Of a DNA stretch of 64,000 bases, positions 1 to 13,500 are shown in pieces. Location: NCBI RefSeq assembly GCF_033153115.1, contig NW_026889815.1, positions 682,001-746,000 on the forward strand, written 5' to 3'. A program made the position numbers and the translations under genes. Numbering within the stretch: position 1 is the first letter of the stretch; each line of letters opens with the position of its first letter. Under the pieces are notes generated by a model. That model made no database searches and was not told where the DNA came from. It was given only the letters and a program-made list of their open reading frames with translations. The stretch is from Saccostrea echinata. Its lineage: Eukaryota.

Positions 1-1485
1 TGTAACCACTCTAGAAATATTTGAATTATGGGTTCTCAGTTGTTTATCTCCCCTCTGTATGAATGACGGCATTTCCATTTGGATACCAAGATCTTCCAAC
101 ACATCTCCAGTGTCCCTGAATCCCCTATCCACAACAAACACGTCATCTTCTTTTAACCAGGATTTCATTTCTTCAGTGTTGTGTAGAATCATGTGTTTTA
201 GAATGCTAGCATCGTTATTTTTTGAATCCGCTAGATAGGGTCCAAGAACGGAAATTATGTAACCCGTAGTAGTTACAACCATCATGGGTTTAACGAGGGG
301 CCTATGTTTGCGCATGCTGTAAGATCTTCTGGCAAAGGCGAAGTTAGAACTTTTCTGGATATACACGTAAGTTCCATCTAGAACTAATATTGCCGGATCT
401 GCCGTAGCACTGTTCGTGAAAAGATCTCTAGCAAGTTGGCGGGTGTGGTTCTCAATCACTGCCTCCCGCGTGATGTGCTGAAAACCCCGATTTTGTGGTA
501 CAAAATCTGTCATCAGTGCTTTTCTTCCTGATTTAATAGCTCGTCTTATCTGTATAAAAGAATAAATGTGAAGTGATCCTTTTCACAAAATATCTAACGA
601 CTATGTATATACATATTATTTAACATATTTAGTTTATAAATAGGATAATGACTGCTTTTGCATAAAACAATAGATACAAAATTATGTAAAAACCTGATGC
701 TTCGTCATGTTGAATAATACTCCCAGCAATTTGTTTGACATTGCTGTACGCAGTTTCACCAGGAGAATGGCAATGCATGTCCTCTTACTTCTTACTTTTG
801 TTGAGTTGATACTGGTCACCGTTGACACAACATCTTCGAATTCACGACGAGTAAGTCCAGTTAGAATCTTGTAGTCGTCATCATCCATGTTGCCCTCATC
901 ATCAAAATCGAGCCTGGAATTGCGAAAAGCTATTTCCCGTAAGTCTTGAATGATGTTATATACTGCGGTTCTATTCAACATTACACCCTCACTGGTTTTA
1001 ATATTTTCTATAGCTTTCTCCGAAAGGTTTCCATTTATTAAGTGACCTGTACAACACCTTGCTCCTGACGGAATTATGATTTCTCCTATGATAAGTACAT
1101 GCAGGCGAGCTTGATTTGAAAGCGAAATAAGTTTAGGTCCTGGCTTTTTGCACACAAAACAATATCCATGACTTTTTGTTGAAGATGAGAAAGGTAATGC
1201 AACAGATGGCGGACTTGATATTTCTGTCAATTTAGTGCGTTTGGGAGATGTAAAAGATGGATCATTAGCCTCATCCTTATCACGTACAGGAATTGTACAA
1301 ACCTCCCTTTTTCGAGAAATGTTTCGGCATTTATGACGGCACTTGTTGCACAGTACGTCTGATTCTGTTGCACCAACTGCAAATTTTTTTGACAGAATGT
1401 TTATATATCCCGACTGTACTGGACGACGTTCTTGTGGAGGTGGTCTTCCTCGACACAAAACACACGAATAATGTCTCCTGTCCAT
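1..1485 (-). CDS. Spliced DDE transposase, PIF/Harbinger-ISL2EU type (DDE_Tnp_4); exons 1485-694 and 549-<1, continuing past the window edge
   Basis: The GT..AG intron 693-550 joins MDRRHYSC...NMTKHQ in frame to IRRAIKSG...ILVLDGTYVYIQKSSNFAFARRSYSMRKHRPLVKPMMVVTTTGYIISVLGPY...NDASIL...VFVVDRGFRD. This gives the DGT and DRG catalytic motifs. The N-terminus has Cys-rich Zn-finger-like motifs and an HTH-like LTGL..F segment. No stops are seen in either exon. Confidence 0.88.
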
Positions 1486-2825
1486 TCTGAAAAAAATGAT
1501 CATGTATAATTATTTTCAGATATGTTATATATAGTGTAAAAAAAGTGTATTTTCTTCATCAAATACATAGTACATGTAACATGACATAGTAAGGAAAAAA
1601 AAAAAAACAAAACACGCATGCCGGATTCGAATCCACACCCTTATTACCGTACCATATCGTGTCGTACAATATTCGATACGGACTATTCACTACCTATATG
1701 CGAGCACGTTATTTAAGACCTACAAATGTATACAAACTCAAAATAAAGTAACAAGCTGAGTTTGAAACAGACAATATTCAATAAATATGCCGTCTAAATA
1801 CTAGTTTTCTTTTTTATTATGCATGTATGTATTGTAAAGATTAAAAATAACACTAGGCTATCTAGCCATGGCGTCAAAGGTCCCGAAAGCTTATACAGCT
1901 GTTGTCACCGGTACTTGCAGACGATGTAAATATTAGAATGGCTAGCCTAATAATTTTTGCTAAAACATACAATATTTTTAATGTAAAAAATTAAATCATT
2001 ATCTAAGTTTCAAGATTCAGTTCGTAACATTTCTCCCTCTTAGCTTTCGTCTGTTCACAAGGCTTTATCCGCCGTGTACGCGTGTGACGTACAATCGTCG
2101 GTTAAATAGTTGATCATATTCATGAAAACTGCACATATAAAAATTTTCACACATAGAAGTGATATGTATATATAATTTTTCCTCACCCGTAAGATCTTGA
2201 TGTCGGTAAACCAGAATCCTGGTACATCTACTTCTGTTTACATTAACCCATGGTAACGAAAATGACGTCATTCAAACGACGAGATGAAAATTCCGGATAG
2301 TTTATATATGTTATTCAAAAAAAAAAAAAAAAAAAGAATACAGTTTGCCAAGACACTATTATAAGCTTTACTGAGCACTTAAATGATATACTGCTTTCAA
2401 CTATCTTGAAATCACCGTACTGAGGATATAATTCGAGAGTTTATAACATCTTCTACCGACATGGCAACCGATATGATTAGATTTTACCATGTCCACAGTC
2501 CTCGCCCACGATGAAATTAAGACTGAATATGGATTTACACTTCATATTCATTCTGTCAAAATTTAATCGTGGGCGATCACTGTGGAGGTATTGAATTTTG
2601 ACTTTTACTGGCTATTTTTTGTACAAATAATGGCAAATGAGTCAAGGATATTATCTTTTTGACAGTGCATATTGCGCATGCGTACTAGTGTTTTTTTTTA
2701 AATATATGTTTTGGTGTCTATGAGGGTTACTTTATTAAATAACAAAAAAGAAAGAGTTAAATAAACATATTCAATTTTTGGGAAAATCACCAGGCAAACT
2801 TTGGCTAAAACTGTACCTTGTTCTT

Positions 2826-3805
2826 TACATCTAAAAAATTCCCTAATTGGTCTTCATGCACAAAAAAAGTCATTTTTAGGCAATTAGATTTGTAAGTTTT
2901 GCATCACTCAATCAATGAATATAGAAAATACAATCACTTATTCCCTGTTTCAAACCAATTAACTTGTGCTCATGTGCACAAGGGAATTTGGGTAAAAAAC
3001 TAAGTCCAAATTGATTGGACATTTTCAGGTTTCTTTAGAATTTCAGAAGGATTTCATGAAATCTTTGATGCACCCTTACTTGGCATTGGCAAAGTGATGA
3101 AGATGACACTAAACATTCAATAATCACTGTACATCATCAAAATATATCATCCAACATCATATGTCACATTGCGATAACAAGTAAATAGCTGCCATTTCCC
3201 TTGTTAAAGCCTGTACACCAAGTGAATTTCAAATCATTCCCAAAATGCATGAAACTCTTATGGCTATGAAATGAATATGATGATTTTAAAGTTTTAAAGT
3301 CCCTGATTTTTCTCTAATAATAAGAGTGGATCATCAATTTCTCATTTTCTGTCACAAATTTACATCTAAAAATTCACTAATTGCTCTTAATGCACAAAGT
3401 AAATCATTTTCAGGCAAGTGGATTAGTAAGTTTTGCATCACTCAATCAATGTATATAGAAAATACAATCACTTATTCCCTGTTTCAAACCAATTAACTTG
3501 TGCTCATGTGCACAAGGGAATTTGAAGGAAAAAACTGCGTCCAATTTAATTGAACATTTTCAGGTTTCTTTAGAATTTCAGATGGATTTCTTGAAATCTT
3601 TGATGCACCCTTACTTGGCATTGGCAATGTGATGAAGATGACACTTGACATTCAATAATCAATGTACATCATCAAAATTATTCTGGGATTTACTTTTATA
3701 AATTTCAACACTAGCATAATCCAAATGCTCACAAACATACAATAATACATTTGTGACTGATATATCTTCAATTTTAGCCAATCCCATGAATTTTTTTTTT
3801 GTAAA
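2826..3805 (-). repeat. ~538-bp tandem satellite (~1.6 units) plus ~130-bp unique cap, inverted relative to 4790-12862
   Basis: 3661-3803 is the reverse complement of about 4793-4935. The unit recurs, e.g. CCCTTACTTGGCATTGGC at ~3072 and ~3608. Confidence 0.9.
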
Positions 3806-6789
3806 CAAAACACTAGCAACTTGTTCCGACAAAGAGAGGTAATCAGCTAATAGCGTTTTTAGGTCAAAGTTGAAAAACTGGAAAATTCTCTATCTCGATG
3901 GAATGCATCAATTTCTATGATCTTTATTTAAATTTCAATTTGATACACTTGTCAAATCATGCCAATGTGCCTCTTTAATTATTTGTTATAATTGACAATA
4001 TAAAATTATTGAACAGAGATTGATTCTTCTGCAAGATGGTCAGCTAGTGTTTTGTTTACATTGCATTCCAGAGCACGAACCTAATGACCTCTTCCAAGTT
4101 ACTTCCTCTTTGACTGCGTACAAATCATGCACATGGAAGAAATACTGGCTATGCTTTTTTTTCAATCGTTCGGTTAATAAATCGAGAACATTGGGATTTC
4201 TAATAGCCTGCTTATATATAGTTTATTATTTCGTACGCAGCCTTAAGAATATTATAATACCTACTTATAAATGCAAGAACAGGTGCTCCCCTACATGTGA
4301 TTATTATAATGATACAGTGTATTATCTTTCATAATAATTGATGGACTTTACTTGGCACTGTCCATTAAGTTAGACCAAAGGAAACTAGTTTTTGAATTAA
4401 CAACTGTAGTTTTTCAATTGTAGGAGTCATCAAGTCACTGATTTATATCGATGAGTATGAACATTAACTTTTTTCAGTCTTATTTATAAGATGTATAAAA
4501 TGTATATAAAAACTGATGGAAAAATATTTTAATTTCGTTGAATTCGGGTAATCTTCAATGTAAACAACAACAACAAATCACAACAAAAAAAATGTGGAAT
4601 GAAGAACCAGTGAAGGATAAAAAATATTTTGTAAACAAAAGCATATATGTTAAGATCCTCTAACTCCAGATCAAATAATGTCAGAAACTTTTTCAAGCAG
4701 AAGTCCAATTTTAGGATGAGACATTATTGCAAAGTAGAGAAGAAATGTTAAACAGAAAAGGATATTTAGTTTTCAATATAGTGTGTAAAATTTGCAAAAA
4801 AAAAAAATCATGGGATTGGCTAAAATTGAAGATATATCAGTCACAAATGTATTATTGTATGTTTGTGAGCATTTGGATTATGCTAGTGTTGAAATTTATA
4901 AAAGTAAATCCCAGAATAATTTTGATGATGTACATTGATTATTGAATGTCAAGTGTCATCTTCATCACTTTGCCAATGCCAAGTAAGGCTGCATCAAAGA
5001 TTTCATGAAATCCTTCTGAAATTCTAAAGAAACCTGAAAATGTTCAATTAATTTGGACTTAGTTTTTTTTCACCCAAATTCCCTTGTGCACATGAGCACA
5101 AGTTAATTGGTTTGAAACAGGGAATAAGTGATTGTATTTTCTATATACATTGATTGAGTGATGCAAAACTTACAAATCCAATTGCCTAAAAATGACTTAT
5201 TTTGTGCATGAAGACCAATTAGGGAATTTTTTAGATGTAAATTTGTGACAGAATATGAGAAATTGATGATCCACTCTTATTATTAGAGAAAAATCAAGGA
5301 CTTTAAATCATCATATTCATTTAATAGCCATAAGATTTTCATGCATTTTGGGAATGATTTGAAATTCACTAGGTGTACAGGCTTTAACAAGGGAAATGGC
5401 AGCTATTTACTTGTTATCGCAATGTGACATATGATGTTGGATGATATATTTTGATGATGTACAGTGATTATTGAATGTTTAGTGTCATCTTCATCACTTT
5501 GCCAATGCCAAGTAAAGGTGCATCAAGGATTTCATGAAATCCTTCTGAAATTCTAAAGAAACCTGAAAATGTTCAATTAATTTGGACTTAGTTTTTTTTC
5601 ACCCAAATTCCCTTGTGCACATGAGCACAAGTTAATTGGTTTGAAACAGGGAATAAGTGATTGTATTTTCTATATACATTGATTGAGTGATGCAAAACTT
5701 ACTAATCCACTTGCCTGAAAATGATTTACTTTGTGCATTAAGAGCAATTAGGGAATTTTTAGATGTAAATTTGTGACAGAAAATGAGAAATTGATGATCC
5801 ACTCTTATTATTAGAGAAAAATCAGGGACTTTAAAACTTCATATCATCATATTCATTTCATAGCCATAAGATTTTCACGCATTTTGGGAATGATTTGAAA
5901 TTCACTAGGTGTACAGGCTTCAACAAGGGAAATGGCAGCTATCTTCTTGTTATCGCTAGGTGACATATGATGTTGGATGATATATTTTGATGATGTACAG
6001 TGATTATTGAATGTTTAGTGTCATCTTCATCACTTTGCCAATGCCAAGTAAGAGTGCATCAAAGATTTCATGAAATCCTTCTGAAATTCTAAAGAAACCT
6101 GAAAATGTTCAATCAAATTGGACTTAGTTTTTTTTCACCCAAATTCCCTTGTGCACATCCTGTACGAAATTGTACGCCTGGTAATAACACGTAAACCAGG
6201 CGTCATACTCTGCAAAAACCAGGGGGATTTTGACTCAATACCATATAAATAAACCAGGCGTCAAATGAGAAGGAAACCAGGCGTAAAAAGAGGCGTAATA
6301 TGCCAATTTTACGCCTCTTCAATAAACCAGGCGTAAAGGTTCTTAGTGTCCAGGCGTAAAAATGTCCAAGCGTAAAAAAGTCCAGGCGTACAATACACAA
6401 TGATATATACAAAATACATTACATGTTTTGAAAACTAAGTATTTATTTTATCAAAACATCCATATCTTAGTATCAATTTAAATAACATTCAAAGACAGTT
6501 TTTCTTAACATTTTGATGGACAATAAAATGTAATACAAGTAAACTTTACATTAATAAATCTTCCCATTTAAGGAAAATTCAAAATTTGTATTATACAAAA
6601 ATTTATAAATTATCTGGAAAATACCAATCTCTGATAACTTTGTATTACAGCAAAGATGCTTATAATGAATTCATGGTTATAGTGATTTTCATTTCCTTAA
6701 ATTTTAGAATATTGCTGTGAACTTAATGAATATAATGAACTACGTCTAATCAAAATTGTTCATTCCTTGTACCTCGCAATAAATGTGTT

Positions 6790-7892
6790 TTACATTAGCT
6801 TATCTTGTATCGTGCACTGAGCTCTCCTTAGCATTCTCATATTTTTCTTTCCTCTGTTCCTTTTTAAATTTTTGTCCTGCAATGAGACTTGCTCTGTGAT
6901 GGCATTGTTCAGTTCTTGGTTCACTTTTTTTTTCATTTTCTCCACACCACTTAAGGGTATAACCTGAAGGAAAATTGTAGCCATGCTTTAAAGTCGGTCT
7001 GAAATCACATGCATTATGTCCAACGAGATCAGTATTTACAATAAGAGAAAAAAAATGTTGTATTACATAATGGGTTGACAGGAAAACAAACAGACAGACC
7101 AAACACTATATATCCCCAATCCTTCAATTGGGGGCATGAAAATCTTACCCCTTCAGATATTCCAGGGGGTGAAATATCCTGGTCATTCTCCCTTGGTTTT
7201 TCTGAAGAGGGAGGATTTGGTCACAGGAGGCCTGCTTCTTGATTATCTGGATGATAGGAATATAAATATATTACAGCCGTGCATATAGTTAAATATATCA
7301 AATATTGAATGTGTATTTTACTATCACACAAATACTTTATTTAGGTTTTTATTTTTTATTATTATCTAACCTCAACACAATCCCCCATGGGATGAAATGC
7401 TAATATCTACTACCACTACCAATGAAAGGATGTTGGTAGTAGAGTGTTTTCTCAAGGGAGGAGTTTTGTGACTTGGTATTTTCTTTTCCCTTGGGACTTA
7501 GCTCCTGTTTCTTCTCTCTTGTATCCTCAGTGATTTTCTTCTTATTTGGGATAAACTCTTCATCATGTTCCTTAATTTCTTTTATTTTGTCTGTTGGAGC
7601 CCTTGTTCTCTTCCCATTTGCTTTCTCTGTGTTTAGATTGAGAAATTAAACAGTCTCTCTGGAACATCTTTAGCTTTCTCCTGCACGTTTCCTAATAATT
7701 TGCTGCATGCCGAATAGCAAACTTTGTTAGCTCCTCTTCATCATCTACAAATACACAATCAGATAACAAAATTATCACCAAGAAATGTGGGCTTTGTGCA
7801 TATCTGAGCTTGACCCCCCCCCCTTTAAGAAACACAAAACAGACCCCTTGTAAGTCAGTAGGAAGGAACGAATATACAAGAAAGTTAATGAG

Positions 7893-7973
<81 letters not shown>

Positions 7974-8772
7974 GGTTATGAAAAGTTTCCGATCCACCTA
8001 TGCATTGTAGCAACCCATTAAACATCACCTTAACCATGTTAACATGGTCAGCTTATCAGGAAGTGCACTCTATTTGTTATCAGGAGAGCTTTTGATTAAA
8101 ATTACTGTAAATATTTTGTTTAGTAAAATTTTTAAGACAGCCACCGTGTGGCAAATTTATAATTCATACCATCATACCATGTTTTGATCCATGCGACTTT
8201 ATATTCCCTCATCTTGAACCCGACTTTTTTCAAAAAAAAGAAAAGGTGGGAAATGCCTCGTATATTTTTTGTTTTGTATATTTTTTTTTTCGAAATGTTA
8301 AATACTAAAAATGATAATTATGCGATAGAAAGATAATTTTTTTTAAAAAAAGCATGGAGTATACAACAGCAGTAGTTTACAAATACGACAGGTCTCCATA
8401 CGTAAACAAACACGCATGTTACATGTAATCTAATCATTAACAAATTAACCATGTTAACAGAATGATTTTAAAAGCACATTTCTTAAATTTTTATAAATAA
8501 TACTATATGGTATATTTCAAAGTGTTAACCTCGCTGGAGTATGAAAATCTTAAAAATTCTTACCATGAACATTGATGATGGGGCCATGAATTATGGTATC
8601 TCACTTCGAATTCCGTCCTTATTGTCAACGTTTTGTGTTTTTCTCCCACAAAAGTCAAACTGCAATCCTCATCGAAGTATTTTCACTTTCAAGTAAAATC
8701 AAGTTGTCAGAAACAAGTTGAAATCGGCAGGGCAATGTTTCTTTCAATGCAACAGAATTTGAAATGACCATG
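6790..8772 (-). pseudogene. Degenerate multi-exon accessory gene of the CACTA element, divergent from the transposase
   Basis: Exon-like purine-rich blocks have splice-like edges (donor ATG|GTAAG ~8563; acceptor TTCCTTCAG| ~6964). The last exon reads YTLKWCGENEKK(fs)VNQELNNAITEQVSLQDKNLKR. Function is not established. Confidence 0.35.
7896..7970. repeat. (TA)n microsatellite
   Basis: Uninterrupted TA dinucleotide run of about 75 bp. Confidence 0.98.
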
Positions 8773-9403
8773 CGGGCGGGATTTTGATAGCGTGGGGTAT
8801 CAAGTTTCTGCAGCCCCGGTTCGAAGATGCTCTACTGTTGAGGTTTACGACGGGATCGATACAAAAGCTATTACAAGCTTTTCCCCAAAAACATCCCTCA
8901 AAATAATAAAATGCGTTCTTTTAGTATTAATTTGTCGCATTTTTTTAAAGATGCAAAATCAATGTATAGATCAATAAATTTCACTGAGATCATTTTGTAA
9001 GGCGATTCCCCTTGGCCTCTGAGAAAACACCTTAGTTTACAGTTGTTCTCGGCACATTGGAAAATCATGGAATAACCAAACAAAATAAAAGAAGCTTCCT
9101 TACGGAAAGCGTTTGTAAAATTTAGCAAATTTCAGCTCAAGTTAATTTATGGAACGATGGAGATTTAAAATATGAGATGTATTACAAGTTACAGAATTTG
9201 TGATCGAAATGTGTAGAATTGGTCGAGACATAAATAACCAGAACAGGAATCCTTGATTGCGAGAAAACCGTAGACGATTCTAGTAAACTGTTATCGGTAA
9301 GTATTTTACAGTTTTTTTAAACATTAAAAAAACGATCGACTTACATATATCGGGATCGACAATCAAATTAATAGAATGTTACTTCCGTTTTACAGATTGC
9401 AAC

Positions 9404-9580
9404 CCGGATTCGTTTGTTCATTCAAAACTGCGTTTGACCTCTAAAAAGGTCTAAATCTATTTCTCCGGATAACTATTTAACACTGAAACATTTAATCCAA
9501 TTTATCCGGATAAAAAGTTTTAGACTTTTTTATAGGTCAACCGGGTTCAAACGCAGTTTTGAATGAATAAACGAATCCGG
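9404..9580. mobile_element. Palindromic MITE-like insert inside the CACTA element
   Basis: ~34-bp TIR CCGGATTCGTTTGTTCATTCAAAACTGCGTTTGA / TCAAACGCAGTTTTGAATGAATAAACGAATCCGG, with further internal inverted symmetry. Confidence 0.65.
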
Positions 9581-9867
9581 TGACACAGATATCGCAAGTA
9601 AGTGTTCTACCGTGATGAATGTTTTTGAAGTCAGCAGAATTGGTATTTTTAATTGCATTTCCATTGCAAAACAACATCTGTGCATCCAAAATATGTCTAT
9701 GATAATGCATCAATCCTAAAACACCGATCGAAGTGGGACCCGGTTTTGGTTCTTCATTTAGTCAATTTCTGAACTGCTTTTATTAGGCCTTTCGTAGAGA
9801 AGTTGAGGGGGAGTATTAAAACGAGCCATCAACTTCTCAATAGAGAATAGACGATTTGTTGAGTAAC

Positions 9868-10550
9868 ATGGCAACATTTAAGAAACAAAGAACCCTAACT
9901 GCCAACAAAAAGATAGTTACATAAAATTTAGTGATGAGGATTTTTCTGATAATGAAGAGGAAGTATTATCTTTTCTGATTTATCTGATGAAGAGGAATAC
10001 ATTTTGGATGATATCACTGAAGAAATTGCAATGTTACGGAGCATGATGATCAAGACTTCCAACTTCATTCTTTGCTCTGTAACATCCGTGTTTCAATAAG
10101 AGTATATTCATGTTAGTGCTTGCTGTGATTTGCACCAATAATAGATGATGAACCCAACAACTTTTGAACATAATTTCAGATGTGATGCTAGCAGAAAACA
10201 TTTTATATACCATTTGACATATATGCATCTAACAGTTGTCCAAAAAACAAAAACAAAAACAAAAAAAAAAAAAAAAAAAAAAAACTAAGGAATCTTTGTG
10301 ACGGTGTTTACCACTTTTATTGTCATCGTTGTTTGAGGGCCATATAAAATGTTGATTGTGTCATCTGTCTAAAGGAATTTTGTCAAACACCATTCAAGAA
10401 ACCAAAAACTTCTTTCTGGAAATACCTGTTATAAATCTACTCCACAATCGATTATTTTTCAAGATGGATTTTTTAAAGCAAAATGCAAGTTGGAGTGGTT
10501 TAACAGAAATATAGCTGGTGGAACTTATAAGGACATCTGTGATGGGACTG
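9868..10550 (+). pseudogene. Remnant N-terminal part of a CACTA-like transposase
   Basis: Broken frames give QLLNIISDVMLAEN, YHFYCHRCLRAI..VDCVICLKEF (HxYCxxC..CxxC) and YKDICDG, resembling the N-terminal motifs of animal CMC/EnSpm transposases. It is truncated before the catalytic core. Confidence 0.5.
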
Positions 10551-13500
10551 TAATTTCAGCTAGAAATTATCTTAGCTCAACAATGATGTTGGGAAGGACA
10601 AACACAAATGCTGAAATATTTTTCTTAAAGTTTTCTAATCTATAAAGTATTTCACTGTAAATATTGCCAATGGATTTATTGTTAACAAAAGAAAAGTGAA
10701 ATATAATGTTTTGCCTACATCGTACCTCTTCTTATTTTTTCTAAGACCAACATTACGCCTCACCAATTTTTCTAAGTCCAACATTACGCCTCACCAATTT
10801 TTCTAAGTCCAATATTACGCATTACCAATTTTACTAAGTTCAGCATTACGCCTGGTTTTAAGAAGTTACGCTTGATACAAGAATTACGCCTGGCCCAAGA
10901 GGCGGAAAATGACACGTATTCCGTGTGTGCAAAGAGCAGGAATACGTGTCCTGCTCATGTACGCCTGGTAAAGACATGTAATTCTGAATTCCGTCTAGAA
11001 ACCAGCTGGTTTCCATGTCTCATCCAGCTGGTTTACGCCTCACTTGTTCGTACGGGATGAGCACAAGCTAATTGGTTTGAAACAGGGAATAAGTGATTGT
11101 ATTTTCTATATACATTGATTGAGTGATGCAACACTTAGTATTCCAATTGCCTAAAAATGACTTATTTTGTGCATGAAGACCAATTAGGGATTTTTTTAGA
11201 TGTAAATTTGTAACAGAAAATGAGCAATTCATGATCCACTCTTATTATTAGGGAAAAATAGGTGACTTTATAACTTTAAAATCATCATATTCATTTCATA
11301 GCCATAAGATTTTCATGCATTTTGGGAATAATTTGAAATTCACTAGGTGTACAGGCTTTAACAAGGGAAATGGCAGCTATTTACTTGTTATCGCAATGTG
11401 ACATATGGTGTTGGATGATATATTTTGATGATGTACAATGATTATTGAATGTTTAGTGTCATCTTCATCACTTTGCCAATGCCAAGTAAAGGTGCATCAA
11501 ATATTTCATGAAATCCTTCTGGAATTCTAAAGAAACCTGAAAATGTTCAATCAAATTGGACTTAGTTTTTTTCACCCAAATTCCCTTGTGCACATGAGCA
11601 CAAGCTAATTGGTTTGAAACAGGGAATAAGTGATTGTATTTTCTATATACATTGATTGAGTGATGCAAAACTTACAAATCTAATTGCCTAAAAATGACTT
11701 ATTTTGTGCATGAAGACCAATTAGGGAATTTTTTCATGTAAATTTGTGACAGAATATGAGAAATTGATGATCCACTCTTATTATTAGAGAAAAATCAGGG
11801 ACTTAAAAACTATAAAATCATCATATTCATTTCATAGCCATAAGATTTTCATGCATTTTGGGAATAATTTGAAATTCACTAGGTGTACAGGCTTCAACAA
11901 GGGAAATGGCAGCTATCTTCTTGTTATCGCAATGTGACATATGATGTTGGATGATATATTTTGATGATGTACAGTGATTATTGAATGTTTAGTGTCATCT
12001 TCATCACTTTGCCAATGCCAAGTAAAGGTGCATCAAGGATTTCATGAAATCCTTCTCAAATTCTAAAGAAACCTGAAAATGTTCAATTAATTTGGACTTA
12101 GTTTTTTTTCACCCAAATTCCCTTGTGCACATGAGCACAAGCTAATTGGTTTGAAACAGGGAATAAGTGATTGTATTTTCTATATACATTGATTGGGTGA
12201 TGCAAAACTTACAACTCCAATTGCCTAAAAATGACTTACAAATCTAATTGCCTAAAAATGACTTTTTTGTGCATGAAGACCAATTAGGGAATTTTTTAGA
12301 TGTAAATTTGTGACAGAATATGAGAAATTGATGATCCATTCTTATTATTAGCGAAGAATCAGGGACCTTAAAACTTTAAAATCATCATATTCATTTCATA
12401 GCCATAAGATTTTCATGCATTTTGGGAATGATTTGAAATTCACTAGGTGTACAGGCTTTAACAAGGGAAATGGCAGCTATTTACTTGTTATCGCAATGTG
12501 ACATATGATGTTGGATGATATATTTTGATGATGTACAGTGATTATTGAATGTTTAGTGTCATCTTCATCACTTTGTCAATGCCAAGTAAGGGTGCATCAA
12601 AGATTTCTTGAAATCCTTCTCAAATTCTAAAGAAACCTGAAAATGTTCAATCAAATTGGACTTAGTTTTTTTCACCCAAATTCCCTTGTGCACATGAGCA
12701 CAAGCTAATTGGTTTGAAACAGGGAATAAGTGATTGTATTTTCTGTATACATTGATTGAGTGATGCAAAACTTACAAATCTAATTACCTAAAAATGACTT
12801 ATTTTGTGCATGAAGAGCAATTAGGGAATTTTTTCATGTAAATTTGTGACAGAATATGACAATTATTTGTAATGAAAAACTAAGAAGAGAAATGTAGGGC
12901 AACCTTTTCTCCTATCCATAAAATAATATTGTCAAATTTTGAGTTTTATTATTTTTCAATAAGTGTTTTATGTTCCTTTTTCTTCTTAATTTAAATTTTT
13001 AAAGAATACATCGTCTTCAGTTAGTTTGGGACAGTACAATTTGGGACCATTTCCTGTATGTTCGTATTGATTAAGGTTCGAGTTGCATTACCATTTTTCT
13101 CACAATTTTGTATTCAAAAATTATATGTATTGATTAAATAAATCAATACTCTATTATCATCAGAAGCCTTTCACCAAATACGTATGAGGAAATACCAAAT
13201 TTCAACATTATTTTTCATAAAGAACGTCTATTTATTATTCGCACTGATATGTATGTAGGCAGCAGCATTGAACAAACAGCCTACCCAATGGAAATCCAAT
13301 ACGAGAAAAAAAGGTTAAAAATTTTAAATTATGCCTTCATTCTAGGAATTGTTCAATGGACTCCTAATAAATATTTCAACTGCACAGAGATCTAAAACTA
13401 AATATGACTGTTGTCAGAACAATCAGTGTCAGGGTATATTTTTCCTTATTTAGGAAATTATACTTGTTTCATGTGACTGTGAAGTATTTATATTTATGGT

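Larger units (their letters stand above)
6159..11056. mobile_element. CACTA/EnSpm (CMC)-type DNA transposon, 4898 bp, degenerate
   Basis: TIR CCTGTACGAA...TTCGTACGGG. The 2-bp AT TSD (6157-8, 11057-8) is confirmed by uninterrupted satellite units. Many subterminal (CC)AGGCGTAA / TTACGCCT(GG) repeats occur at 6170-6390 and 10750-11040. Confidence 0.88.
4790..12862 (+). repeat. ~538-bp tandem satellite array (~5.6 units), interrupted at 6159-11056 by a DNA transposon
   Basis: The marker TGATTATTGAATGTTTAGTGTCATCTTCATCAC occurs near 4936, 5465, 6001, 11439, 11975 and 12539. The array reads through the insertion (GTGCACAT|GAGCACAAG). Confidence 0.93.

Noticed and set aside
7692-7997. ORF with an IYIYIY run
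   Set aside because: Translation of a (TA)n microsatellite.
11468-12768. Duplicated 66-aa ORFs (MHHSINVYRK...)
   Set aside because: Chance frames in satellite units, broken in other units by T-run length changes.
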